A stretch of 64,000 nucleotides of DNA from assembly GCA_965637545.1 (NCBI GenBank), contig OZ281497.1, forward strand, positions 23,808,001 through 23,872,000, in the 5' to 3' direction. The notes under the pieces were generated by a model that was not told the origin of the DNA, did no database searches, and saw only the letters and a program-made list of their open reading frames with translations. The translations under genes and the position numbers were made by a program. The DNA is from Phallusia mammillata. Lineage: Eukaryota. Below are positions 12,309-25,091 of this stretch, one piece after another (the first letter of the stretch is position 1; each line of letters begins with the position of its first letter).

Positions 12309-14075
12309 ATGAAGCATCGAAAAGGAATTTATCTGAAGACTGCTCCCCAGAAAGAAACTGATGAAACTGTCAGTTCTGATGATGAAAGTGAAAAATCGAG
12401 CTCAAAAACATCGGAAGTATGGCTGCCAGAATCAAATACAGCTTTCAGGCTTTTAATGTCAGCCAATCTTTGTTCTGCCTTGCTAAATAATATCACAGAC
12501 TGTGATGAGACGTACAACTACTGGGAGCCTCTGCACCATCTTATTACTGGTGAAGGATTTCAAACATGGGAATATTCTCCAACTTATGCAATTCGATCAT
12601 GGGGATACATTTACCTGCACTATATGCTGACATGGATTCACATGGGATTTCTTAACAACAAACTTCTAACTTTTTACTTTATCAGGATGATTTTGGGATT
12701 AACTTGCACTTTGTGTGAGGTCCAGTTCTTTGAAGGTGTCTCTTTGCGATTTGGTAACAATGTCGCAAGGTTAGTTCTAGGCTTTTTGCTGTTTGGAAGC
12801 GGTATGTTTATTTCGGCAACAGCATTTTTGCCCAGTTCTTTTTGTATGTATATGACACTCTTGTTTTTTGGTTCTTGGATGAAAGGAAACCTAAATCATG
12901 CTTTACTTGCAGTTGCTGCTGGTGCTATACTTGCATGGCCATTTTCAGTTGCTCTCGGTATTCCTTTGGCTGTTGATATTGTAATCAGGAGACAAAAATA
13001 TTTCTTCTTTTTCAAGTGGTGTGCAATTGCTTTGATCACTATGCAATTGCCATGTGTTATAATTGACAGCTACTACTATGCAAAGACAGTTTTTGCTTCC
13101 ATAAACATTCTCCTGTACAATGTCTTTTCCACGCATGGACCAGATATTTACGGAGTTGAACCATTCTCATACTACATGATAAATGGCTTCCTAAACTTTA
13201 ACATTGTCTTTATCTTAGCACTACTTTCATTCATAGTTATTCCAATATCAGAAATGATCATTAAATCAAAATTTAAGGGCTATCAGCCTCCTACATTACT
13301 ACTTGTGTTCACTTTATCAACACTTCTAATTTGGTTTGGCATTTTCTTCACAAGACCACACAAAGAGGAAAGGTTCCTCTTTCCTGTATATCCTCTCATA
13401 TGCTTAGCTGCTGCCCTCTGCATTGCTACAGTACAGAAACTCTACTGTGTGATTGGGCTTCGCAAGTACTTGACTGAACAGTGGATGACAGTTGCAACAC
13501 TTGTAATATTTGCACTTCTGTCCTTGTCACGTTCATTTGCTGTCTTCCAGGGTTATCACGGTTCCATGGACTTGTACCCTAAAATGCACCAACTTGCAAG
13601 TAAAATAGATTCTACTGGAAGGACTATTAATGTATGTATAGGCAAAGAATGGCACCGCTTTCCATCAAGCTTTTTCCTTCCAGAAAACTTTAAGCTCCAG
13701 TTTATTGAATCGGAATTTAGGGGCCAGTTACCCCAGTACTTTGCTGCCCCGGGGGCTGAGGGTACAACAGCAGTAAGAACCAACTTTAATGATCAAAACT
13801 TGGAGGAGAAAACGAGATATGTGCCAATTGATTCTTGTCATTTTCTGATTGATTTTAACAACGGACTGGCAACGCGACGAGAGCCTTTGTTTGGTAACGA
13901 TACCTCTCGTTGGTCAGTTGTTGAAGAAGTAAACTTTTTGAGCGCACACAATTCGACTTCTAGATTTTTTCGTGCTTTTTTCGTTCCTTACTTCTTTTGG
14001 GAGCGCAACACATTTGGAAAGTATCAACTGTTGCGTTCAAAGACCAAAAAGTTCAAGAAAAAGCGCTCAAATTGA
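12309..14075 (+). CDS. ALG9: Alpha-1,2-mannosyltransferase ALG9 (GT22 family), single coding exon, ~588 aa
   Basis: Uninterrupted ORF with DCDETYNYWEPLH, GFQTWEYSPTYAIRSW, HKEERFLFPVYPLI, VCIGKEWHRFPSSFFLP and FRGQLPQYF motifs; many TM helices; first ATG at 12309; AATAAA at ~14307 and ~14325. Confidence 0.96.
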   Translation: MKHRKGIYLKTAPQKETDETVSSDDESEKSSSKTSEVWLPESNTAFRLLMSANLCSALLNNITDCDETYNYWEPLHHLITGEGFQTWEYSPTYAIRSWGYIYLHYMLTWIHMGFLNNKLLTFYFIRMILGLTCTLCEVQFFEGVSLRFGNNVARLVLGFLLFGSGMFISATAFLPSSFCMYMTLLFFGSWMKGNLNHALLAVAAGAILAWPFSVALGIPLAVDIVIRRQKYFFFFKWCAIALITMQLPCVIIDSYYYAKTVFASINILLYNVFSTHGPDIYGVEPFSYYMINGFLNFNIVFILALLSFIVIPISEMIIKSKFKGYQPPTLLLVFTLSTLLIWFGIFFTRPHKEERFLFPVYPLICLAAALCIATVQKLYCVIGLRKYLTEQWMTVATLVIFALLSLSRSFAVFQGYHGSMDLYPKMHQLASKIDSTGRTINVCIGKEWHRFPSSFFLPENFKLQFIESEFRGQLPQYFAAPGAEGTTAVRTNFNDQNLEEKTRYVPIDSCHFLIDFNNGLATRREPLFGNDTSRWSVVEEVNFLSAHNSTSRFFRAFFVPYFFWERNTFGKYQLLRSKTKKFKKKRSN

Positions 14076-14641
14076 AACTGCAACGGTACAACCTTTTTTA
14101 CGAACGCGTAGTTTCAATTGTTCTGCCAAAGGCCGATTTGGTGCAATTTAAGACGGTTTATGTTTTCCGGTATCAATCAATGTTTTTCTTTTGTTTCATT
14201 ATATATGTGTACAAGTGCCAGAAACTAGTTGCTTACCGATTTGTTCTTGAATGGCGTTTGCTTGAGACTGAAGTATCTTCAGGTCTTCGTCAATCCTGTA
14301 ACATACAATAAATGTAGCTGCTATAATAAATGTTGTTAGTGTATGGATGTGCTTTTTAGTCACACAATTTACTGTCATCTGTTTTCAGATAAACCGACAA
14401 GCTTCTTAACTCATGAATCTACTTTAAATTTGAATTAGCAGTAGCACTGTACTGTGAACAGTTAAGCATTCCAAAAACTAAATCTTGCGGTTTGCTTGGT
14501 TTAGCAGTTGCGGTAAACCATATTTCCAAGCCTAAGTTACTAAAACGTAGATCTGAACGCACGTTACAACTTAATAAGGCATATTTAAGCTATTATTTGC
14601 CATAAAGATCTCCTACCCTAATTGACGAAGCCTAAAGTAAA

Positions 14642-14917
14642 TCATTTTGTGCCAAGCATCGAGTTAGAAGTAGGCCACAGACAAAACCCATGTGAAAATT
14701 GTTGCAAACGACAAAATTTGGCAACGTACCTTAGGCATTGGTTCTTTGTTTCTATCATCTCTTTTTCTCTTGCAGGTATTCCAGCCAAACGTAATTCCGT
14801 GTCAGAAGGCTTACTTTCATCTTTTTCAGCCAAAGTGTTCCACCTTTCTCGCAATGCAGACGCCCGTTTATAAACTGCCTCACGACTTGAATCTAGCGAC
14901 ATTTTGCTGGCATTCAT
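14642..14917 (-). CDS. Candidate small orphan ORF (91 aa)
   Basis: ATG-started 91-codon ORF in a GC-richer patch; charged, helical-looking translation; no recognised homology. Confidence 0.3.
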   Translation of the reverse strand: MNASKMSLDSSREAVYKRASALRERWNTLAEKDESKPSDTELRLAGIPAREKEMIETKNQCLRYVAKFCRLQQFSHGFCLWPTSNSMLGTK

Positions 14918-15291
14918 TCACTTCAGTGTATACTAGCAATCATTCACTTCAAGTGTATTCTTACGTTTTTGCTCCTTAGTTCTTGCTTAAGCTAGTAGGC
15001 AGGGCGACTGTTTCAGGCAGTTAAATGCTTCTGTTGTTATTCCGCGTAAAAGTAGGCGTAATTAATTTACCTGGCCAAGCAGTGGACCGTCTTACCACCA
15101 ATTGTGCCATGCCTCAGCCAACACTAATGCAATAAGCATTGCGGGGCATTATTATGCGATAATCCTTTGTCATCGCATTGTCTCATTGAAATGCAATAAT
15201 GCACAGACAATCGTTGTATTCTAGAAATGGATATAAAACGTATTCAATCAGCCCTTTTACTACATTTGTACAAAAAAAGTTGATTGTAAAG

Positions 15292-15754
15292 TAGGGTTGC
15301 CATACGTCAGGATTTTCCCTGACATGTCAGTGAATTTAGTGTTCAAATCTGCGTCAGGGAGAAATGTTAAAATGTACTTAAAAGTCAGGAATTTAAGAAA
15401 AAAAAGATAGGTTAATGTACCAACGAGGTTTCTAGTAAACCGTCTCCATTGCTAAACAATAGGCTTTATTGCATGAAAACTAACAAAAATGCAATTGTTC
15501 GCGCACAATTGTAATGTTTTTGTCTTGTCTGTGATGTCAGATTTGAATCATTGTTATGCGCAATTTTGCAAAACTAGCTAAAATTCTGCAATCAACTTTC
15601 GTTTTTCTGAAATACACATTCAGGCTTACGGACCGCGAGCACGCGAAATAGGGACCGTTTAGACAAAAATAACGAAAAAGTTGAGAACAACTGGGTTAAC
15701 GCAACCGAGATAAATTTTGTCAGCGATTGTGTATCATAAAATATGGCAACCCTA
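15292..15754. mobile_element. hAT-like MITE carrying a fragment of the 2090-2508 family
   Basis: TIRs tagggttgccata / tatggcaacccta; perfect 8-bp TSD ttgtaaag; ~15447-15693 aligns with ~2247-2508. Confidence 0.88.
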
Positions 15755-16165
15755 TTGTAAAGTTTTTAGGTGGATTTCGTATTTATCTCCCTATATACGC
15801 TACAAAGTAGGCTAGAGATTATAATTTCATTTTTTTGAATTGTCGAAAAGTTATTTAGAGAATTGTGTATCATATGTGGTACATGTTAGACGACGACAGA
15901 TTTTTAGTTTTTAAAATAACCGCGTTTGATACTGACTTAAACAAACGTCTTGTGGGACCTTTGTAATGATCGAAGTTTTTCAAAAGTGGCCTCCAAAAAG
16001 CGCGAAATATTTATTTTACAGCTTAACGCGTCGCACATAAAAAGCTGCTTAAGCACAGTGAAAATAATGAAAAGATCACCCTTATATACGCAAATGCGTA
16101 AAGGTAGCATTGGAAAAATCGACAGGCTCTGAATCTACTGGTAAGTTGGTTCAGGTAAATTTGGT

Positions 16166-19100
16166 TCATCCCACAACAGATTGGGCGTCTTCTTCTGGTG
16201 ATTTTTCCTCAGGTTTGTAAGTTGGATCGCGAGTTAACATGGTATCTTGTATCGCTACGTAGATGGGGTGCTCGTCTGGAACCAGATTTTTCTACAAATA
16301 ATTACAACTTAATTTACCTTTCATAGAGGAATACTGGATACAATTCAAGGTTCCATAAACCTTGGTGTCCGATGGTTTGTACGCCGTTCTGTGCTTGTGT
16401 CACGGCAAAACTAACAGATCTTGTTTGTTCTAGGCACGATCTATCCGTATTTTTGTAATAAATTATACTGTACTGTAATAAATTAGAGTAGTACAACACA
16501 ACGTGGCATTACAGTACATTGTCATGTCACAAGGCTATGTTTACAAACAACCCTCGCTATTATGCCACTTTCTCTCGGTCCCAAAGGGTGGCATAGTATC
16601 GAAGTTTGACTGTATTAGTTTTTTTATGTCTACATGTAGACTAAGGACTCGACCCTTGGAAAGTTTGGGGAAGCAAGTGGCAAAGTTGTGTTCCAGATTG
16701 AAGGAATGCACTTAAGTGAAGTGATGCTTATGTAGCTGTGTTTCTCAATTTAGTGGATTTCTAATCACCAATCGCAGCAACAACCCGTCGTGGAATCCAG
16801 AAAAAATGCAGAAAATTTACCTGGAGAAAGACCTTTAACAGGCCAGGTGCTACAGGACTGTCTAGCAACATGCGGCGTCTTGTAACTTGGTATTGGATGG
16901 CTGTCAGCATTGATTTCATTCCAACAGCTCCGATTCTATTCCCTTCAACACAAATAAACACACTTAACGTCGGTTAGGCCTTTATACTACAACTGATTAG
17001 GTCAAACATCTAATGATAATACTCGATACCCGGAGAAGCAATAATATGACAATTGAAAAACAAGGTGTTTTAAATATATTTTTGTCGTAACTGAGCCTTT
17101 TAATCAGCACCAAAAATGGCGTTGCTCAGTATGGACTATTATTCTGTAAGCTGTTTCCCTTGTGACAAGTGTGTTTTACAATTTTGCAGACAAAGCGGTA
17201 AAAGAAATTGTATAGGCAGCAAAAACCATTAATTGAAGGTTTTTTCACAAATGGTTTTAAATTGTGCATTTGCCACCAAAATGTTAGCGTTTTTGTTTCA
17301 TATTTTGGAATATAGAGTTTGTGCAGTAAATATTTTGCAATGCAAACGTTTCACAAATCGATTTGTACAGATGATAATGATAGCAGCGTCTGTGGTCACG
17401 TTCGCAATTCGATTTCGATATCACAAAAATTATCTGTCATTTTTCTTTTCATCAACGTTTAACATAAACCTTGGAATCGATTGATTGAGCGGTATCTCAT
17501 GACCCTCTAACTCTAACAGGAAGGATACTGTCTTTTTTAAGTATAACTCTAAATATAGTTTTATCGACTGATTCTGCTTCTTTGGAAACCCGTTTCCTTA
17601 TTTAGAGCAACATAAACCTTAGTTTGCATAGTAGAAAAAAATCAAGTTACTTGACAGGTTTAGATTGACAAGAGTCATGCAGCCAGGAACAAACACTTTC
17701 CCTTCCGTGTGTTCAGTGTTGGGGTCGAGAAGTGGGTGGACGAACTCTGGAAGGTCTGAAGCATCTACCTCAGTTGCGTTGTTTTGAGTTGCGAGACGTT
17801 TCCCGCCCTCCTTTGCACCCCCAGACTTCTTGCCTTTGCCCCCCTTTGGTGCTTCGCTGGTGACCGACACTTTAAATAGATTTTGATTTTTTGAAGAGCC
17901 ATGCTAAAGTGTTTTGAGGTGCCATGGTCAAGTATTTAAAACGTTGGTACGGTAGTACGGTTAAGTAACTTTAACCGCTGGTGTCCAAAACTGTTGTGTC
18001 ATTTAGTTAATTTCGACAAAATATATGTTAAAATGTTATTTTTTGGCAGTTATGTCCAAACTGTGTTGTATCTAATGGCCAGTCCAAATTGGACTTTTTG
18101 TTAAAATAACCAAAATGTAAATAAATTGATGATTAACTATCATCAGGTCTTCATGGTTAATTAAAATATACTTAAAAGCACGTTTTTTAATTAATTAGCA
18201 TTAGAAATACGTGTACATACAAATTTGGGTAATCGCAAAACCATATTGTCAAGCCATTTTATGCAATTAACAGAAAAAGATTTAACAAAAGGCATTGTTG
18301 AGATCTTTGATCCACAGGCAATTAAATGGATTATGCGATTAGCCGGATTCGCATGTATCGTCGTAAAATCAAAATTTCTGCACACACCGATAAAACATTG
18401 CAACATGAAAGCGCACTAAAAAGCAACTAGATACAAACACAACAAAAACAAACAGCGACTTACGCTTGGAAGCGATTTTGTTGAGTTCTTTGCAGATGGC
18501 GATCGCGATCGAAAAGCAAAACAAAGCAAAAAGCATGTTAGTTAGCAAAAAAACTACATGAAGTAAAAAACACTAACACTACAATCTAAAAAATCTCTAA
18601 AACAGTTCCAAAAAATACAGTTATGTTTCGAAACTCGGGTAAATTTTAATTATGATTTAGTTTAGTAAGTTTAATATTTTTGTGAACTTTTTTTTAGTCG
18701 TTTCTTACAACACTTTTGAAGTTTAGTGCTGATTTAAGATTTTTAATATAAAGAGCCGATAAAAAATGCATCTAGCAATACCTTTTACAACGTTTTTAGC
18801 AACTGATCGTTGCATTGTAACAAAATCAGAATACTGCGTATTTCTAAACAAGATTCTACACAACTAAAAAACGACAAACAGAAAAATAGTTATTTTGCCA
18901 GTTTTTTAACTGCAACTATACTACAGTTTAATCTATAGACTGCAAACTACTGCTAAGATGCTTATGAAATTACAAATACATCGGAAAGAAAAATTACATG
19001 ATAGATTCTATACAATTCTACACTCTTACCCAAAGGTTCTCAACACTTAAGAGGTTATTTCAATGCATTAGGTCAGTGTTTTTTAATCTTAAACTGGTCG

Positions 19101-22100
19101 CGTACCACCTAGCGACTTTTTATGGTGCGTACCATCCTAATACCGTTTGAAAGGGTAGACCAAGGGATAGGCCTATATTTTTACCCAGCTAGCATACTAG
19201 TGAAACCAAGAAAGTTGATAGTAAAATGAAAATATTGTCCAAAACACGAGTTTCGCCCCAAACCAGGGCTGATCAGTTGGGTCAGTTGATTTACAGTTTT
19301 AGATCTTACTGAAAATGAGTTTAACAGAAAGATACTTGCGTACCATCTGTAAAGCTCCGGCGTACCACATGTTGAGAACCACTGTTGTACGGTAAATATA
19401 ACTTGACACAATTTCTAAGGTGAGGGCGATTAGTATTAAAAAACACTAATTTATTTTCTAAAATCTATTAAGAGTTAAAATAAAGAATGAGAACAGAACA
19501 TCCGTTCAAAGTCGTTAAAATTGCGATTCTACGCTGCTACTCCTACGTCACATCAAACAATTTCGAATTCAACCGCACGCTAATAGTTTATTGATGAGCT
19601 ACTCCAAAGCCTCACACCTAACAGGTTAAATTAAACCCACTGATTGCGTCTACCACTGCCACTCTCTCTAACCTCCTTTTTTGCCACGTTCGTCTTTCTT
19701 TGCTGTTTTATCTGCTACTTCGCCCTTCTTACCGTCCTTCTTTTTGGAAGATCCACGGCTGGCCCGAGCAGCCATTTGAGATCCACTCCTGTTACTTCCC
19801 GGCCGGTCCTTTGAGTCACCCCGCCTCGAGCCTGGTGCCTAAAGTTTTTGAAGGTTTGACTTGCATGAATAGCTGGGCACTGGTTTACACCAGTGGTCGG
19901 CAACCGCCGGGCCGCGTCCCAGTGCCGGTCCGCGAGGAGTTCGTTACCGGGCCGTATAATTTCCAGGTTATATGCTTCAAAACATTTTCCTTGTGCATCC
20001 GGGGATGATAAACTAATTTAAACGTTTTTATTACTGAATACTTGAATTTCTTTGAAGGTCGATCCGTTATCAAATTTCAGGTTAAAAACCGGTCCGCAGT
20101 GCAAATAAGGTTGCCGACCCCTGGTTTACACAATACCGTGCTGAGTTGTAAGTCGGTTTGGGCATTTCGGGCTAGTTTCAGGGCAAAATTTCAATAAAAC
20201 GGGTTTGATTCGGGCCCTGCTGCACACTCGGCATTATTTCTGCCGCAATTTCACAAACTTTTGGGCCTAATACGGGTTTTATTTCAAAAAATATTTTTAG
20301 AAACGGGCAGGTTGTAGACTTGATCATTCGGTTTCAGACAAGGTTCTGGTTCCGATTTCGGGCCCACTTATAACTTTGAGCCAAATTGCTTCCTCGATTA
20401 TTCCTACGTCGTTTAACTGACATTATCCGACCGCCTTGTGAAAGGTTTTACGAAGTGACCATGTGGTAAAAAACAAACGGCGATAATGTTTCCACATGTT
20501 TCAAACTTCAACACATTAAAGCAAATTATCCTGTACCTTACACTTACAATTTAGAGATGGCTGCATATTCAAAAAGCAATACTAAACGTCAAATAATTGC
20601 TTTGATCTTTTAAGCTTAAAGCATTTTTGTTTGCTTATCCGGTCGGAAATAACAAAAACAGCCCACACTAGACCTGTAAGTCGAGGAAGCAGTGTGTTAA
20701 TTTACATAAGGTCCAACATTTGCCAATGATTTTTGTAACCTGGTTGTTGCCACAGGCAAAATCATTATCACTGCAAAGGCTAAAATTGCTTTTTTACCAG
20801 ACAAATGGTTAGTTTACGAAAAACACTTCTAGCACCTACTCCACTGAGTATCATTAAATGGCAATGCATCCTAACCATTAAGAAGGCAAAACGAAACTCA
20901 ATAAAAGCAGCCATTATTACACAAGGATTTTATGACTTAACGACAACAAGAAGGTTGGTAATTCCCATAAAAATCGAGTGTGTTTAAACCTAACGGTCAC
21001 CTTGCTTAACCCCTGCGAGGTCTCCTATCCAAAACACCTCTTTATTCGTGAAAAAAAATCATGTCATACCTGAAGCATTGTGGATATTTGATATTGGTGT
21101 ATAAGACATACTTATTTTGGTTTGCAGTTCTGGAGATTATTCATTTTTTACAAATCAAACAAAAGCTCTTGTAACTTTAAAGGCTGGAAACCAAACCCTA
21201 GCCCTGTAATTCCGAAATAGTGGACTAAACGTTTAAGGTCATGGAGCTATTCTAACTTGTGGAACCATATGACAAAAAAAAATGTGAAAATCGGTTGTGA
21301 CCATGTAATTGTAAGTACTTTTAAAATTTAGCAGCATGCGGCAATTTAAAAACTTGTGACTAAATATCTCGGTCAAAAATTAAAAAGTTTGGGAACCACT
21401 GGCTTAACCATTTGCTGTGTTATAGTGTCTTACCGAACTTCCACGTCCAAAATATCCCTGTTGTGACATGAGTTTCCTCCTCTGCACGACCTCTTCATGG
21501 GTGAGAGGAAACCTCTGCAGGACACCACATAAAGCTGTACATCCAGGATCACTGATGTGGTTGGATGCCAGGGATAAAGAAAGAAGAACTCTGTTCATTC
21601 TTAAACCCTGGCAAGAAAATAAAAACAGTGGTTGTCAATATGCTTGTTCTACTATTTAAGTTGGACATGTCAAATTTTTTTTCTTTTGGATTATATTCTT
21701 TTGGGTTATATTGCACCAGACTTATATCTACAGCTCAATCTGAAAAAAAAATCTTACAGCTCATCGTAGACTGATCACACTACTGATTTTGAATAGACTA
21801 AAAACAAAACTGTATATTATAGACAGATGTCTGCAATAAAAGTGTTCCTTCTGTAAAATCTGGCAACATTTTTAAGCAGTTACATATTTTGTCCAGGTCT
21901 AGTGACATATTCTTAACAGTTGGACATGTCATGTATATTCTTCCTAAAATAGTTAAAATATAAAAAATAAAAATAAAATAAAATTATACACAAACCTGAG
22001 CCAGGTGCTTAGCTCCTTCATCAGCGATGTGATTATAGCTGAGATTGAGAGTGGTAAGGCACCGGTTTTGTGAACCATTCTGTCCAAGGCATTGGGAGAT

Positions 22101-24221
22101 CTGCTTTGCACCAATGTCTGTGATTTTGTTGTTTCTCAGAGAAAGATGCTGTAGCCTACAAAAATTTTTCAACAGAGAGTCATATTACCAAATTTGTAAA
22201 CTCTACTAAATCTTTAAAAAGGGTCAGATTTGGAAAATATCCTAGTATAAAAAAAACTTCATTTTGGCGAAAAAGCACATATATTATAGCTTAGTGATGC
22301 TGTGGTATTGAAAGCTAAGGATCCCTTGAAGAGCTTTGAAAGCATGATTAAAGACCTTGGCTCACATGCAAAACTTTGGGCAGTCCTGTACAAAACCATT
22401 TACTGAGGTAGGATATAATAGCACTTAAATTCAGGTAAATTAGTAAAAATCACCAAGCCGGAAATAGCTGCGCAGCGTTGAAGCATTATGGAGCAAATAA
22501 TAGTGGAGCATTCAATTGGTGAATTAGAGCTAGTCACGCTGCGAGTACAAAATCATTCCTGGCGTTATTTGACTGGGACTCACAAGAAGTGAGGTTGGCA
22601 CTTGGATAAACACAACTGGGGGTAAGACATTGGTGGAATCAGTTTATGTGGCCCTAAAAACTAAATCAGCTATGTTTCTGTTTAGTAATGTTGCGTAAAA
22701 AAATTAACAATCGCTTACGTGCAGTCCTCTGCAATGAGGTAGTGGTATGGTTCCGTTTCAGGGAGTGGATTTCCATCAAGAACCAAAGTCTTCAGATTGG
22801 TAAGGTTTGGTAGGAAGCCAGCGAGTGACTTAAGAGCATGTTCTGTAAGTCCCACATTCCAAAGGCTAAAATATAAAGTAAATGGTACACAAAAGTGTAA
22901 GCCCAATCTGCTTGTATGTGTAGTGCATATACAATAAGTAGGTTTAATAGGCCAAACAGCTTTAAAGTGATGGTTAAAAAAAATTAAGATTAGTATGTAG
23001 GTAATGTTATTAAAAGTTTGCAAAAAAGGGAATTTGCTAGCGAGATATGCAATTATTGCTTTAAAATAAAATAAAATTGAAAAGATAAGCACACAACTGG
23101 CAGATAGTCACAGCAATTTGCTTACTTAATACACTGCAACCGGTCTAGACCACACTGCTTTAAAACATTGACAACTTTCTCTTCAAGTCTCCAACTTCGA
23201 ATAAATATTTCCTTTGCATGGTTGATTTGCAGCTGTTTTGTTTCTTCCACATCAAATTCAACCTGCATCATGAAAGTACAAATCAAGTGTGACAAAAACT
23301 TTCAATATTCACAAAACATTGTATTCATTACAGCAAAAACCTCAAGAAGAAATTTTACAGTTGTGACATTGCTAAGTGACTGATATAGCTACATTGTACA
23401 TTGTCACCGACAATTATAGTGCAGAAATGTATTGCAATTTCACAGTGAGTTTTTAGCTACCAGTTGATTTTTGAATGAATGCACCTGAATGCTTGGTCGC
23501 TTGATAAATAAGTTGTCAACCAGAGTATAGCTTGTTGGTAGAGGTTCCTCCTCCGCTGGTTCACTGTGTTCTTCCTCTGTTTACACAAAGTCATAACAAA
23601 TAGATTTTTGTTTTTTTGTCACTGTTCAACTTTGTTTTAAATATATGTTGTGTTTTTAATCTACTCATACAGCTACAGGACAGATGATAACTGGTAAACA
23701 AACTCCACAGTTTGTTACAACAAAGCAAAGTTGGCATCTAAAATAGTGTAATGCATATACATGTATGAAATAAGTTGTGTATATATTTATATACACATGT
23801 TTGAAGTAAAACTAGGAAAGGAACATACCAGCAGTGGTTTTAGCATCATCTACAGTGGGAGTTCCAGGTCGTTTGCCTCTTGGTCGCACAACTGGAATAA
23901 ATACTTTGTCCAATCCAGCTCTTTGCCATAATTCAGTGAAGTCGTCAGAAAAGTTTCCAGTACATGTGTACGGCTCTGGTGTGGCTAAAACAACATAGAA
24001 TATGATAGATCATAAATATTGAAAATTTATGAGAAAAAGAACCAAAAAGATGACTATACTGTTAAGAAATTCTCTTGTGGTATGAACAAAACTAAACTCA
24101 CTCCTGCCCATTAACTAAAAAGTCCTGCTCATTAAATCAACTTACAGCAATCATCACCAGCCCTTGATGAAGCAGATGTTGGCGCTCCCCCTCGAAGAGC
24201 TTTTTCCACTCTCTTACCCAT
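16166..24221 (-). CDS. LRRC71: Leucine-rich repeat-containing protein 71 (multi-exon)
   Basis: GT-AG exons 24221-24146, 23984-23829, 23576-23485, 23262-23126, 22865-22719, 22155-21996, 21607-21434, 19838-19673, (18487-18464 optional), 17869-17651, 16942-16821, 16291-16166 join in frame. Peptides EPYTCTGNFSDDFTEL, RPSIQVE..KEIFIRSWRLEE, NLWNVGLT, LRNNKITDIGA, RFPLTHEEVVQRRKL and TMLTRDP match LRRC71 as I recall it. Confidence 0.88.
19074..19384. mobile_element. Degenerate hAT-like MITE
   Basis: cagtgttttttaa... / ...gttgagaaccactg ends; repeated gcgtacca subterminal motif; no intact TSD. Confidence 0.6.
19891..20123. mobile_element. hAT-like MITE
   Basis: TIRs cagtggtcggcaacc / ggttgccgacccctg; perfect 8-bp TSD gtttacac. 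Confidence 0.92.
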
Positions 24222-24451
24222 CCTTATCTTTTTCGCAACACTGAAAAAAGAAAATGCATTTTACATCAGTTTCCGAATTTCTTCTGCGTGCAGTTAAACA
24301 GAACATCTAAAGTTAACTTACTCAGAAGCAGGTTTTGTAAACAATTAGTGCTTCAGTACATTCGTTTTGCTCTTTGGCAATACTTTTCAAAACGCACAAA
24401 ACCTTCTCTGGAACCGAACAGCGGGCACTACGTCTCATCCAGCAACAACGC

Positions 24452-24465
24452 GTTGTTATAGTAAC
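24452..24465. promoter_or_regulatory. RFX X-box upstream of LRRC71
   Basis: GTTGTTATAGTAAC fits the palindromic X-box consensus GTYNYY-AT-RGNAAC; ~230 bp upstream of the ATG, just 5' of a putative 5'UTR exon (donor ~24321). Confidence 0.65.
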
Positions 24466-25091
24466 GCGGTCACAATTGTAAGTTGTTTATGCCAACCTTA
24501 ATTTATTACTAGGTAAAGTGCTGCAAAGCGAATTTCAACGTAGTATTTTTCTTTTAAATATAATTTTATGACATTAATATTACAATATAAAGTTTGCTGT
24601 TCCTATCATGACATGTTGTTTGTTAATGACGCAACACAAATATTACTTAAATATGGTCATTGTAAATATTTAAGTACTATACCCTATTAGTAAAATTATT
24701 TAACTGATAGGCTTAAAGCAATTTTTTGATAAAAAGGAAATCTCCACACTAGCGACCCGGAAAAATTGTTTGTCACTTGATTTTGTTTATCGACAACGAT
24801 TAGTGAAAATGTCCGATGAGCGTAAAAAACAAATGTTTACAATGCGAGATTTTTCAGTAACTAGAGTTTATTAAACCACAATTTGTGTAATGTTTGCCTT
24901 TAACATCTGTCTCAACGGAACACTATTAGTTCAGGAATAAAAGCTCATTGGAAAGTTGACAGAATGCTGCAAAGATAGTGCAGAAATGTCTGTAACGTTG
25001 GTAACCTTGTTGTGAATTGTGATTAGTGTAAAGTTTTTGCACTGTAAAGGTTATTTGCATAAATGTTTTTTATTATTATTAAGGTTTTATA

